The notes under the pieces were generated by a model. The model had not been told where the DNA came from. It was given only the letters and a program-made list of their open reading frames with translations, and searched no databases. From contig JBCBUK010000004.1 of the NCBI GenBank assembly GCA_039818205.1, positions 168,302 to 232,301 of the forward strand: a stretch of 64,000 bases of DNA, read 5' to 3'. Each line of letters begins with the position of its first letter. The stretch's first letter is position 1. The position numbers and the translations under genes were made by a program. The DNA comes from Verrucomicrobiota bacterium. Lineage in GTDB: Bacteria; Verrucomicrobiota; Verrucomicrobiia; Opitutales; Cerasicoccaceae. Shown here one piece after another: positions 10,116 to 20,289 of the stretch.

Positions 10116-10265
10116 ATTTGTTGAGGGCAAAAAATCAGTGCATTGGACTACGCAATTTTCTGTTTTTGCGTAAACCGACTATTGCATGCACTCGCGATTG
10201 CTTGTTATTTCAGATTTTTTCTGCCTATCGGCGTTAGATATTAATCTCAGCCATTGAATACTATT

Positions 10266-12215
10266 ATGAGTACTCCTTCTCCTGATACCCGCAAATTCGC
10301 ACCGACAGAAGAGTTCGTTGCCCAAGCTAATCTGTCTGGGGTCGAGGCTTATCAAGCCATGCACCAGCGTGCGTTGGAAGACCCAGAAGGTTTTTGGGCT
10401 GAGATTGCGAGCGAACTCGCCTGGATGAAGCCTTGGGAGAAAGTTTTCGACGATTCGCAGTCGCCAGTCTTTCAATGGTTCGTCGGTGGAACGACCAATA
10501 TCACCGTTAACTGCCTCGACCGCCATGTTGTGGCAGGTCTGGGCGACAAACCCGCGATTCTTTGGGAAGGAGAGCCAGAGGGCGAGTCGCTTACAATCAC
10601 CTACGGAGAGCTTCTTGCCAAGGTCGAGAAGTTCGCGAATGTCCTTAAATCGATGGGCATCGAAAAAGGCGATGGTGTAGCGATCTACTTGCCAATGATA
10701 CCCGAGTTGGTGGTCGCGGTTCTGGCCTGCGCCAGAATTGGCGCCGTTCATAGCGTGATCTTCGCTGGTTTCTCGGCTGAATCGATTAAAGATCGCGTGA
10801 TTGATCAGCACTCTAAGTTGGTGATCACCGCGGACGGTGGCTGGCGGCGCGGAAAGCCGTTGTTGCTCAAAAATATCGTCGACGAAGGTGTCGCCGAATG
10901 CGACTCCGTGGAGAAAGTCTTGGTGATTCAACGCCACTTGGACAAGGCTCCCTTCGAGCACTCTTGGAACAACGTTCGCGACCGCTGGTATCATGAACTC
11001 GAGGTCGCCGCAGATGACCATTGCGAGCCCGAGGAGATGGATGCAGAAGACATGTTATTTTTGCTCTATACCAGCGGGTCAACCGGTAAGCCCAAAGGGA
11101 TTATGCACACCACGGGCGGGTATATGGTTTATACCTACCTGACGAGTAAGCTCAGTTTCGATCTCAAGCCCGACGATGTTTTCTGGTGCACCGCCGATGT
11201 CGGCTGGATCACGGGCCACAGCTATATTGTCTACGGTATCCTGCAAAATGGCGTCACTCAGGTCATGTACGAAGGGGCGCCTAATTTTCCGGATGAATCT
11301 CGGTTCTGGGACATCGTTGAGAAATATAAGGCGACTATCTTTTACACCGCACCGACGGCGATTCGCGCCTTTATGAAGTGGGGGGATCAACACGTGTCCA
11401 AGCATGACCTCTCATCCCTTCGGTTATTGGGCACCGTTGGTGAGCCCATCAATCCAGAAGCTTGGATGTGGTATCATCGCATGATTGGCGCGGAGAAGTG
11501 CCCGATTATCGATACCTGGTGGCAGACGGAGACAGGTGGCCATATGCTAACACCGTTACCAGGCGTCACCGAGACGAAACCGGGTTCGGCGACGACTCCA
11601 TTTCCCGGCATCGACGCAGCGGTCTTGGACGAAGAAGGTAATGAGGTTGAGCGCGGCATCCTGGCGATCCGCAAGCCATGGCCCGGAATGCTGCGCGGCG
11701 TCTGGGGCGATCCCGAGCGCTATAAAAGCACCTACTGGTGTAAGTGGGGAGGCAAATACTACTTCCCCGGTGACGGCGCGATCAAGGACGAGGATGATTA
11801 TTTTTGGGTAACTGGACGCGTCGACGATGTCGTCAACGTTTCTGGCCACCGAATCGGTACCGCCGAGCTGGAGAGTGTCTTTGTCGAACACCCGGCCGTT
11901 GCCGAAAGTGCGGTCATTGGTATTCCACACGAGATTAAGGGGCAGGGCCTGGTGGCCTTTGTGATTATTCGTACGGCCGCTGACGGTGATGAGGATACCT
12001 GGCGCAAGGAGTTGACTGGGATGGTGGATTCCAAAATCGGTAAGTTTGCCCGTCCCGAGAAAATCGTTTTCTCGCATGACCTTCCCAAGACGCGTTCAGG
12101 AAAGATCATGCGTCGGCTCTTGCGGGATATCGCTGAAGACCGACCGTTGGGCAATGTGACGACTTTGGCTGATCCGTCGGTTGTCGATTCTCTCAAGGAA
12201 AAATTCCACGCGTAG
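10266..12215 (+). CDS. acs: acetate--CoA ligase
   Basis: YTSGSTGKPKG, DTWWQTETGG and LPKTRSGKIMRRLLR motifs; ATG 10266 preferred over TTG 10254. Confidence 0.97.
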   Translation: MSTPSPDTRKFAPTEEFVAQANLSGVEAYQAMHQRALEDPEGFWAEIASELAWMKPWEKVFDDSQSPVFQWFVGGTTNITVNCLDRHVVAGLGDKPAILWEGEPEGESLTITYGELLAKVEKFANVLKSMGIEKGDGVAIYLPMIPELVVAVLACARIGAVHSVIFAGFSAESIKDRVIDQHSKLVITADGGWRRGKPLLLKNIVDEGVAECDSVEKVLVIQRHLDKAPFEHSWNNVRDRWYHELEVAADDHCEPEEMDAEDMLFLLYTSGSTGKPKGIMHTTGGYMVYTYLTSKLSFDLKPDDVFWCTADVGWITGHSYIVYGILQNGVTQVMYEGAPNFPDESRFWDIVEKYKATIFYTAPTAIRAFMKWGDQHVSKHDLSSLRLLGTVGEPINPEAWMWYHRMIGAEKCPIIDTWWQTETGGHMLTPLPGVTETKPGSATTPFPGIDAAVLDEEGNEVERGILAIRKPWPGMLRGVWGDPERYKSTYWCKWGGKYYFPGDGAIKDEDDYFWVTGRVDDVVNVSGHRIGTAELESVFVEHPAVAESAVIGIPHEIKGQGLVAFVIIRTAADGDEDTWRKELTGMVDSKIGKFARPEKIVFSHDLPKTRSGKIMRRLLRDIAEDRPLGNVTTLADPSVVDSLKEKFHA

Positions 12216-12349
12216 CGAGTCATTTATCAATTTCGTGAGTGCCACCCTTGTTCTAGAAGGGACTCTCAGCCAACGATCAAACTGGCATTGTGCCGTAAAT
12301 TGCGCTTGTTTCATTGGGCGCAGCGGGCTTCAATGCGCACAACTCTAGG

Positions 12350-12952
12350 ATGGGTAAGAAAAAAGAACCACTTTGGGAGCTGCGAGGCTCATCGATTCAT
12401 CAGCAGGGCATGTTTGCGCGCAAAAACATCCCGGCTGGAACGCGCATCATCGAGTATGTCGGTGAGCTTATCTCCAAAGAGGAGTCCGAGCGGCGCTGTA
12501 TCGAGTGGGAAGAAAAGGCTCGGAAAAAAGGTGCCGGCTTGGTCTACGTGTTTGATCTAAACGAAGAATACGACCTCGACGGTAACACCGATACCAATCC
12601 CGCAAAGTATATTAACCATAGCTGCGAAGAGAATTGCGAAGCGATCAATGAAGAGGATCGCATTTTCATCTACTCAACCAAAGACATCGCGAAGGACGCG
12701 GAGTTGTCCTTCGATTATGGTTACGAGCTGGAACATTTTATCGACCATCCCTGTCTTTGTGGCAGCAAGAAATGCGTTGGATACATCGTTACGAAATCCA
12801 GTCGCAAGAAGTTGAAAGAAATTCTCCGAAAGAAGGAAGAGGAGAAGAAGTCCGCCAAGAAAAAGAAAAAATCGGCGGGGAAGAAGGCGACGACCAAGAA
12901 GAAAAAGAAAAGCGCAAAGAAGGCTAAGAAAGGAAAAAAGGCTAAGTCGTGA
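12350..12952 (+). CDS. SET-domain protein-lysine methyltransferase with post-SET motif and Lys-rich tail
   Basis: SSIHQQGMFA, IIEYVGE, YINHSCEENC, ELSFDY and post-SET CLCGSKKC. Confidence 0.92.
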   Translation: MGKKKEPLWELRGSSIHQQGMFARKNIPAGTRIIEYVGELISKEESERRCIEWEEKARKKGAGLVYVFDLNEEYDLDGNTDTNPAKYINHSCEENCEAINEEDRIFIYSTKDIAKDAELSFDYGYELEHFIDHPCLCGSKKCVGYIVTKSSRKKLKEILRKKEEEKKSAKKKKKSAGKKATTKKKKKSAKKAKKGKKAKS

Positions 12953-14109
12953 AACTCCTCGTGTTGACATCCAGCACGGGCGGCGGACATGACATGCGCG
13001 CGCGTTCGCTCAAGGCATGGGCGGAGCATCCTAGTGCCCAGGATCTCGGGATTGAAGTGGAAGTCTTTCAAACCTTGGAGAGCCTCGATGGTCTTTATAA
13101 GTTTGGCGTCGAAACCTATAATTGGATTCAACTGCATGCGCCTTGGTTGCACCACGGGTATTTCAATTTTCTAGAAGTCGCTGGTATGCACCGAAAGGCG
13201 AGTGCGATTAAGGGGCGGGAGGCATTTGAGAAGATGCTGCTCGAGAAACGCCCGGATATCATCGTAAGCACCCACGCACATCTGAACCACGGATTCTTTG
13301 CCTTGGCTAAGGAGATTCTGGGTCCCGACAAGGTAAAGTGCGTGACCTATTGTGGTGAGCTTTTTGGCGGTTACGGGTTCAGCAAGCATTGGGTGAACCC
13401 GCAGAGCGACGGTTTTTTCGGCGCCGTTCAAGAAACCTGCGATCACGCAAAGTCCCTCGGCATGGCCGACGATAAAAATCACGTCGGCGGCTTCATGCTC
13501 AATCCCGGCTTTTGGGACAAGTTATTGAGCGTGGAGGAAAAAGATGCCTGGATCGCCGAGAAGCTTGGTCTGGATCCTGCAAAATTTATCCTGGTTTTGG
13601 CTACGGGTGCGAATAGCGCTAACAATCACCTTGATTTGCTCGAAGCCCTGAAAGCGGCGGACGTCCATCCGCAAGTCGTTGCGTTGTGCGGCCGCAATGA
13701 ATCTGCTTTTCAATCAGTCGAAGCCTGGGGTGCCGCCAAACCGGCAATTCCGGTAAAACCGCTGCCGTATTTTACGGAAATGTTCAATCTGATGCAGTGT
13801 GCGTCTGCCGTTGTTGCTCGGCCGGGAACTGGAACGACTAGCGAGAGTATACTGGCCGGTTGCCCAATCATCTTTAATGGCCTCGGAGGAATCATGCCTC
13901 AGGAGTGGATTACCGTGAAGTTTATGCGGAGCCACCAGGCGGATCTCGTCATGAACAATCCCCGCAAGTTGCCCACGATTGTGCACCGATTGATGGAGGA
14001 ACCCGGGGCCCTTGACGAGGCCAAGGCGAAAATGATCAGCGTTCGCCCGACACAACACCCGCTGGACATTTTGCGTAATCTGGTTTCACTTGTTCCCCAA
14101 ACCGTATGA
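12949..14109 (+). CDS. GT28 glycosyltransferase, MGDG synthase/UgtP-like diacylglycerol glycosyltransferase
   Basis: SSTGGGHDMRA, PDIIVSTH and ARPGTGTTSE motifs; GTGA overlap with the SET gene. Confidence 0.85.
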   Translation: MKLLVLTSSTGGGHDMRARSLKAWAEHPSAQDLGIEVEVFQTLESLDGLYKFGVETYNWIQLHAPWLHHGYFNFLEVAGMHRKASAIKGREAFEKMLLEKRPDIIVSTHAHLNHGFFALAKEILGPDKVKCVTYCGELFGGYGFSKHWVNPQSDGFFGAVQETCDHAKSLGMADDKNHVGGFMLNPGFWDKLLSVEEKDAWIAEKLGLDPAKFILVLATGANSANNHLDLLEALKAADVHPQVVALCGRNESAFQSVEAWGAAKPAIPVKPLPYFTEMFNLMQCASAVVARPGTGTTSESILAGCPIIFNGLGGIMPQEWITVKFMRSHQADLVMNNPRKLPTIVHRLMEEPGALDEAKAKMISVRPTQHPLDILRNLVSLVPQTV

Positions 14110-14897
14110 AACCCGCAGCCTTTCATCATTTGCAGACCCGCTTGTACCTACATGCGGTCTTTCCAGCCTTCGATGGCGTCATCAAGGCGTCTCAGGAGGC
14201 TCGCGCATTGCTCAAGGAACAGCCGTTCTCGGTGTGCTTCAAAACGCGTTCTGGGCTACGAGCGAGCTACCACTTCACGGAAACTGGCTGTGACTACATC
14301 CCGGGTGACAGCAACCAAGCCGAGCTTGAGTTGTTTTTTTTCTCCGATAGCCATGCGGCTGCGACTTTTCTAGAGCAGACAGTGTTTCCGCCACTCCCGC
14401 TCCGTGGCTTTGGAAGCATTCGCAAAATGGATACCTTCAAGGCTTTATCGGAGATGCTCAAAGTCTGGCTGAAGCCGACGGAGGGACGCCTCGCCGAGGA
14501 ATCCTTTCGTGAGGTTTACGTCCCCTTGGCCTTGCGTTTAGCCTTAAGGGGCGTTTGTCAGCTGTGCTCTCACGACCGGAGTAGCACCCAGTTGTTTTCA
14601 TCCGGCCCCCACGGCCTGGCGGTATTTCAAGTAGGCGATAACGGTTCTCCCGTATGGATCCGCTTTCAGCCCGGTGAGCTCGAAACTGGGGAGGGGGAGC
14701 CCGATAGCGAACCGGACGCCCGAGTGATTTTCCGCGATTCCATGGTCGCCGCATTGGCAACGATGGACAAGGTCGACTCCGTTGCTGCGGTTGGGTTGGG
14801 CCAGATCGAGGTGATCGGGCAGGTTCCTTTGGCCGACCACTTGAACTTTCTCATGGAACGTGTTCAGCCCTTTGTGGATCCGGAGGTGGCCGCATGA
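14106..14897 (+). CDS. hypothetical protein with C-terminal SCP2-like lipid/acyl-CoA-binding domain
   Basis: PDARVIF...AAVGLGQIEVIGQVPLADHL resembles SCP2; ATGA overlaps at both ends. Confidence 0.6.
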   Translation: MKPAAFHHLQTRLYLHAVFPAFDGVIKASQEARALLKEQPFSVCFKTRSGLRASYHFTETGCDYIPGDSNQAELELFFFSDSHAAATFLEQTVFPPLPLRGFGSIRKMDTFKALSEMLKVWLKPTEGRLAEESFREVYVPLALRLALRGVCQLCSHDRSSTQLFSSGPHGLAVFQVGDNGSPVWIRFQPGELETGEGEPDSEPDARVIFRDSMVAALATMDKVDSVAAVGLGQIEVIGQVPLADHLNFLMERVQPFVDPEVAA

Positions 14898-16126
14898 GTG
14901 AGCATTTCGGACAAAGCTTATCCCTTTTTGAGCGAGCGGCGAAAGTTGCGCCCGGAGGCATCTACGGGCACATGAGCCCTGCGGCGTGCCTCCCTGGAGC
15001 CAGCCCTTACTATGCCGTTCGCGCCGAGGGCTGTCGTTATTGGGACGTCGATGGCCACGAATACATCGACTATATGTGCGGCTACGGCCCGATTATTCTC
15101 GGCTACCAGAATGCTGAGGTTGAAGAGGCAGCGACTAAGCAGCGTGAATTAGGCAATTGCTTTAATCATCCGACCGAGCGCTTCATCGAATTGGTGGAGA
15201 GACTGGTTTCACTGGTTGATTTTGCCGAGTGGGGCGTACTGGCCAAAAACGGCGGTGACGTGACCACCTGGGCGATTCAAGTGGCCAGAGAGCATACCAA
15301 GCGGAAAAAAATTATCCGGTTGAAAGGCTCCTATCACGGTGTCGATCCCTGGTGTACGCCAGGTCACGGCGGTTTGATTGAGGAGGATCGCGAACACATT
15401 CACCAGTTCGGATGGAATGATTTGTTGGCGCTGCAAGGATTGGTTGAGCGATACAAGGGCCAAATTGCGGGTTTGATCATCACGCCTTACCACCATCCGG
15501 TGTTTGCGGACCAGGCCTTCGCCGAAGGCGGCTTCCTGGAGGGAGTTCAGAGCATTTGTAAAGCCGAAGGAATCGTCTTGATCATGGATGATATTCGCGG
15601 CGGGTTTCGCTTGAATATCGGGGGAAGTCACCGCGCGTTTGGATTCACCCCGGATATCGCGTGCTTCTGCAAGGCCATGGCGAATGGCTATCCCATCTCG
15701 GCTGCTGTTGGCTGCGAGGAGCTGCGGATCGCAGCGAGCAAGGTCTTTTTGACGGGCAGCTACTGGAATAGCGCTGTGCCGATGGCTGCTGCCTTGAAGA
15801 CACTTGAGATTCTCGAGCGCGATGATGTGCCCCAGAAACTGGAGACTGTTGGTCGCCGCCTTTCGGAAGGCCTTGAGGCGATTGGCAAAAAGCATGGGCA
15901 CAAAATTCAGCCCTCCGGTCCGCCCGCCATTCCATTTTATCGTTTGGCCGAGGAAACCAATTTTGTCCGCCAGCAGCAATGGTGTGCTGAGGTAATGAAG
16001 CGCGGGGCGTTCTTTCACCCGCATCATAACTGGTTTGTCTGCGCCTCCCATACCGAGGCGGATATTGACGCAACCTTACAAATTGCTGAGGATGCATTGA
16101 TTGCCTGTAAGGAACGCTGGGATTAG
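14894..16126 (+). CDS. class III PLP-dependent aminotransferase (GSA aminomutase-like, probably not HemL)
   Basis: YIDYMCGYGPIILG, SYHG, MDDIRGGFR and PDIACFCKAMANGYPIS motifs. Confidence 0.85.
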   Translation: MSEHFGQSLSLFERAAKVAPGGIYGHMSPAACLPGASPYYAVRAEGCRYWDVDGHEYIDYMCGYGPIILGYQNAEVEEAATKQRELGNCFNHPTERFIELVERLVSLVDFAEWGVLAKNGGDVTTWAIQVAREHTKRKKIIRLKGSYHGVDPWCTPGHGGLIEEDREHIHQFGWNDLLALQGLVERYKGQIAGLIITPYHHPVFADQAFAEGGFLEGVQSICKAEGIVLIMDDIRGGFRLNIGGSHRAFGFTPDIACFCKAMANGYPISAAVGCEELRIAASKVFLTGSYWNSAVPMAAALKTLEILERDDVPQKLETVGRRLSEGLEAIGKKHGHKIQPSGPPAIPFYRLAEETNFVRQQQWCAEVMKRGAFFHPHHNWFVCASHTEADIDATLQIAEDALIACKERWD

Positions 16127-16199
16127 GCTCCTATCTTTTTATAGCTGCCCCTTGCTTGATTAATTATTCGAGGCAGATATCTGTCTTCCGGTTTTGACT

Positions 16200-17285
16200 A
16201 TGCAGAATCCAAAAAAAGTCCTCGTCGCCTTGTCTGGCGGGGTTGATAGCGCCGTAGCCGCCTTGCTTCTCAAGGATGCGGGCTATGAGATTTCTGCTGC
16301 CTACATGCGCACCTGGATGAACGAGGAGAGGAGCGATATCCTGTCCGATTGCCCCTGGGAAGAAGACATCAAGCAAGCCAAACAGGTTTGCGCGCACCTG
16401 GGGATTGATTTTGAGGTCGTGAATCTGATCGACGACTACCGAGAGCGCGTGGTCCAGTATTTGGTCGAAGGCTACCGGAGTGGGATCACCCCTAACCCGG
16501 ACATCATGTGCAATCGTGAGATGAAGTTCGGTGTTTTTCGCGATTTCGCGAAGAAGAACGGCTTCGATTCTGTGGCAACCGGACACTATTGCCGTCGGCA
16601 GGACAACACCGATGGCACAAGCGACATCCTAAAGGGTGTCGATCCCAATAAGGATCAGTCTTACTTCCTGGCAATGGTGCAGCAGGAACAGCTGCAGGAC
16701 GCCTTGTTCCCGATCGGGGAGCTACAGAAGCCCCGGGTTCGAGAAATCGCCAGTGAGCGTGAGTTGCCCAATGCAAGCCGCAAGGATAGCCAGGGAATAT
16801 GCTTTCTAGGAAAAGTAGACATCAATCAGTTTTTGCGATGCTACATCCCCGATCGTCCGGGCGAGATTGCCCATGCACAAACCGGACAAGTTTTGGGAGA
16901 GCACCGCGGGCTTCACCATTTTACCTTAGGCCAGCGTCACGGCCTCGGTGTTCCAAGCAACACAGACAATGAACATTTCGTCGTTGTCGGGAAGGATTTT
17001 GACGCCAACCGACTGATGATTGCTTTTGATCACCAAGATAGTCCCGGTCTCTGGGGCGATCGGTTCAGCCTTGAGCGCCTCAGCTGGGTCAATAAACCCT
17101 TACTTGAGGAGACAAAACTGTCTGCTCGGGTTAGATATCGTGATTCTGCGGTGCCAGTAACTATTAAGCCCGATGGGGATACTGCCGATATAGAGTTTGA
17201 TTCCGCTCAAAGGGCTTTGGCCAAAGGACAGGTTTGCGCCTTATACAATGGCCAAAAACTACTGGGTGGGGGGTATTATACTTAG
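16200..17285 (+). CDS. mnmA: tRNA 2-thiouridine(34) synthase
   Basis: [33 protein letters not shown] and KDSQGICF motifs. Confidence 0.97.
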   Translation: MQNPKKVLVALSGGVDSAVAALLLKDAGYEISAAYMRTWMNEERSDILSDCPWEEDIKQAKQVCAHLGIDFEVVNLIDDYRERVVQYLVEGYRSGITPNPDIMCNREMKFGVFRDFAKKNGFDSVATGHYCRRQDNTDGTSDILKGVDPNKDQSYFLAMVQQEQLQDALFPIGELQKPRVREIASERELPNASRKDSQGICFLGKVDINQFLRCYIPDRPGEIAHAQTGQVLGEHRGLHHFTLGQRHGLGVPSNTDNEHFVVVGKDFDANRLMIAFDHQDSPGLWGDRFSLERLSWVNKPLLEETKLSARVRYRDSAVPVTIKPDGDTADIEFDSAQRALAKGQVCALYNGQKLLGGGYYT

Positions 17286-17379
17286 GCTTTACATCCCTAT
17301 TTTCTTCTATTTAAATTCTAATATTATAGTTTTTGTTTGAAAAAAGAGACTTCTCTGTCGTTATCTCATATTAGCCGTC

Positions 17380-18024
17380 ATGACCCTTAAAGAACTTCAA
17401 CAATGGATGCTAAAACACGACGAGGAAGACTCGTGGTGGGTAGCTGTAGACGGCGAGGTTCAGGATAATCTGGTTTCGCTACCCGATGTTAGTAAGGTAA
17501 AAGAGCAACATTCTACCGCACAGATATCGGTTCTACACATCAGCAGAGCTGATGATGAAGACGCTGAATGGATCATCTACGAAGTTGATCCCGCCGAGTT
17601 CAAACTCGCCAAAGATAAGTCTGGTGGAAACATCAAAGTTTCCATTACGCCCTTTAGTAATCCGGAGGGTCCCGAGGTGGCCCATGAGGAACCTGTTGTG
17701 GAGGAAATACCTCAGGCTCAGGCACCCACATCTGGCGGTATTGCGACGACGGCTGAATTCTTAGATTTGAACCAGAAAGTAGAGGAGTTATCCTCCGAGG
17801 TGGCGTCTCTACGCGAGTTGGCCGACGAGCTGAAGAAGCCGATTATGGAGGCTCACCAAGTGTTGGAAGAGCGAGAAAAGTTCCTCGAAATCAGCGAAAA
17901 CTCCCTCTTCGACAAAGCCCAGAAGCAGGAGGTTTTGCAGACTGAGTTGGAGCAACTCCGCGAAGAGCTTCACGAACGTGAGAGGGCATTATCAGACCGA
18001 GAGCGGGCCGTTAGCCGTCGATAG
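17380..18024 (+). CDS. hypothetical protein, small N-terminal domain plus C-terminal coiled coil
   Basis: WWVAVDGEV N-terminal motif; Glu/Leu heptad-rich C-terminus. Confidence 0.75.
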   Translation: MTLKELQQWMLKHDEEDSWWVAVDGEVQDNLVSLPDVSKVKEQHSTAQISVLHISRADDEDAEWIIYEVDPAEFKLAKDKSGGNIKVSITPFSNPEGPEVAHEEPVVEEIPQAQAPTSGGIATTAEFLDLNQKVEELSSEVASLRELADELKKPIMEAHQVLEEREKFLEISENSLFDKAQKQEVLQTELEQLREELHERERALSDRERAVSRR

Positions 18025-18055
18025 CTGAATCTTTTTTCTGGAATCGAGTGCTCGA

Positions 18056-18649
18056 TTACTCGAGAGGACGTGTCCAGAAAGTCATTGGTTTGGGTGATTC
18101 CTCATCCTCGCCAACTTCCTTCCAGTCGAAGGTCGTGGTGAGCTCGGAACGCTTCGTGTAGCCGCGCTTTTCCCAAAAGCCATCAAGTGGGGTATAGTCT
18201 TGGGGCCGTTTTGCATGGTCTGTCGGGCGCTCGACAGCGCAGAACGTTGTCAGGTCGAAACGGCCTAAAGTCCTGGCGTATTGTTCGCGTTCGTCGAAAA
18301 AACGATGGCCCAAACCCTGCCCGCGATAGGCGGGTTTGAGCACGGATTCGCCAAAGTAAAACACCTTCCTGATGTCATAGCCCGCTTGTTGAAAGGGCTG
18401 CGCGAACTCAGCCGTTTCGTTTTCTATGGGGAGGGCGGTTGAAGCACCGACCACGGCGTCACCGTCGAATACCAGGACAAACAGGCATTCGGGACAATCA
18501 AGGTAGGTTTGAAGATACTCGCGCTCGTATTCGAAGGTTCCGTCGTACAGATACGGGAAGTCGCGAAAAATCGCTATGCGCAAACGGGCGAGCGCGTCGC
18601 GGTAGTCCACGACTTCGGGCCCGACCATGGTTTTAACTTCAACAGCCAT
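18056..18649 (-). CDS. GNAT family N-acetyltransferase
   Basis: FGESVLKPAYRGQGLGHRFF acetyl-CoA-binding motif. Confidence 0.9.
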   Translation of the reverse strand: MAVEVKTMVGPEVVDYRDALARLRIAIFRDFPYLYDGTFEYEREYLQTYLDCPECLFVLVFDGDAVVGASTALPIENETAEFAQPFQQAGYDIRKVFYFGESVLKPAYRGQGLGHRFFDEREQYARTLGRFDLTTFCAVERPTDHAKRPQDYTPLDGFWEKRGYTKRSELTTTFDWKEVGEDEESPKPMTFWTRPLE

Positions 18650-18667
18650 GCTTGGGTGTGATGTTGG

Positions 18668-19903
18668 CTATTCTTCGACTCCGAGAATCTTCATGGCCTG
18701 CTGGACGTCCTTGTCCCCGCGACCAGAGAGATTCACGACCAAGATCTGGTCTGGGCTCATCTCAGGTGCCCGCTTCAGCGCATAGGCGAGGCCATGAGTC
18801 GACTCTAGAGCGGGTATGATGCCCTCAACCCGACTCAGGGTCTGGAAGGCTTCCATAACTTCGTCGTCGGTCGCAAACGCATACTCGATGCGTCCACGAT
18901 CGTGGTAAAAGGCATGCTCCGGACCGATGGCTGCATAGTCGAGGCCAGCGGATACCGAGTGCGTTAGCTCGATTTGACCATCGGGGTTTTGCAGGATGAA
19001 CGTCTTGGATCCCTGGAGAACACCGACCTTGCCGCCTTCGAATCGAGCAGCGTGGCCACCGGGTTCGATACCGCGACCACCGGCTTCAACGCCGACCAGG
19101 CGGACATCGGAATCTTCCAAAAAGTCGAAGAACAGGCCAATGCAATTCGATCCACCGCCGACGCAGGCGACCATTTCATCGGGGAGCCGGCCTTCGGCTT
19201 CCAATATCTGGCGCCGAGCTTCTTCGCCGATGATCTTGTGGAAATCGCGCACCATCATCGGGTAAGGGTGGGAACCAAGGGCTGAGCCAAGAATGTAATG
19301 CGTGTCGCGGCAATTGGTTACCCAGTCGCGCATCGCTTCGTTTACGGCATCCTTGAGGGTGCGCTGGCCGGCTTCAACACCACGGACCTCTGCGCCCATT
19401 AACCGCATTCGGAAAACGTTGAGTGCCTGACGTTCCATGTCGACCGCGCCCATATAGACGATGCATTCGAAGCCAAACTTCGCACAGACCGCGGCGGTTG
19501 CCACACCGTGCTGGCCAGCACCGGTCTCGGCAATGATGCGTTTCTTGCCCATGCGCTTGGCGAGGAGGGCCTGGCCAATGCAGTTGTTGATCTTGTGAGC
19601 GCCCGTGTGAAGACCGTCTTCGCGCTTGAGATAAATCTTCGCGCCGCCGCAGTGCTCAGTCAGGCGTTCAGCAAAATAAAGCTCCGTGGGACGCCCAGCG
19701 TATTGCTTGAGCATGTAGGCAAGCTCTTTGCGGAAAGCAGGATCGGCGCATGCCTCTTCGTAGGCTTGAGTCAGCTCAAAGAGTGGCGTCATGAGCGTTT
19801 CGGGGACATACATGCCGCCGTATTGCCCAAAATGCCCGGACTTATCGGGCAACGATTTGCGATCAATGGTGGGTGCGGTTTCCGTGGAGGTTGTCGAAGC
19901 CAT
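18668..19903 (-). CDS. trpB: tryptophan synthase beta chain
   Basis: [25 protein letters not shown] and NLSGRGDKD motifs. Confidence 0.98.
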   Translation of the reverse strand: MASTTSTETAPTIDRKSLPDKSGHFGQYGGMYVPETLMTPLFELTQAYEEACADPAFRKELAYMLKQYAGRPTELYFAERLTEHCGGAKIYLKREDGLHTGAHKINNCIGQALLAKRMGKKRIIAETGAGQHGVATAAVCAKFGFECIVYMGAVDMERQALNVFRMRLMGAEVRGVEAGQRTLKDAVNEAMRDWVTNCRDTHYILGSALGSHPYPMMVRDFHKIIGEEARRQILEAEGRLPDEMVACVGGGSNCIGLFFDFLEDSDVRLVGVEAGGRGIEPGGHAARFEGGKVGVLQGSKTFILQNPDGQIELTHSVSAGLDYAAIGPEHAFYHDRGRIEYAFATDDEVMEAFQTLSRVEGIIPALESTHGLAYALKRAPEMSPDQILVVNLSGRGDKDVQQAMKILGVEE

Positions 19904-19980
19904 AATTCAACCAAGCCTGAGCTCGCCGATTTGACAAGTCGAGAGTGAGTTTCTCCGGCATGTCGTGCTGATCATCAGTT

Positions 19981-20286
19981 CTATTTTCTCAAGATCTCCC
20001 GTTTCCAAATGAGATGTGCTCTTGTATCTAATCCGAAGCCAGCAACCATTAAAAGATCTCTCCAATCAGTTTTTGCCAGATCGAACGCTGAGTCCCAATC
20101 GCCTAAGCCTCGGCTACACATTTTGACGATTGCTAGCCAGATTCTCTCTCTCGCAATCGGAGTCGAAAACGCCCCAAATATTCGATCGTCCGAGGTTTCT
20201 AGTTGGAGCCTTTTTTTAAGTTCCCTAGCTCGCGGGGCATCGAACAGAACATCGATGGTGTTTAACGTATCTTGAGTCAGCTCCAT
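19981..20286 (-). CDS. hypothetical protein (DWRDLLxxAGF motif)
   Basis: 101-aa ORF filling the pdxA-trpB gap, starting 3 nt after the pdxA stop. Confidence 0.7.
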   Translation of the reverse strand: MELTQDTLNTIDVLFDAPRARELKKRLQLETSDDRIFGAFSTPIARERIWLAIVKMCSRGLGDWDSAFDLAKTDWRDLLMVAGFGLDTRAHLIWKREILRK

Positions 20287-20289
20287 TGT

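Noticed and set aside
14894..16126. Calling the aminotransferase hemL
   Set aside because: It lacks the PGGVNSPVR signature (has PGGIYGHMSP), has DDIR instead of DEVMT, and is not linked to the hemC-cobA/hemD genes.
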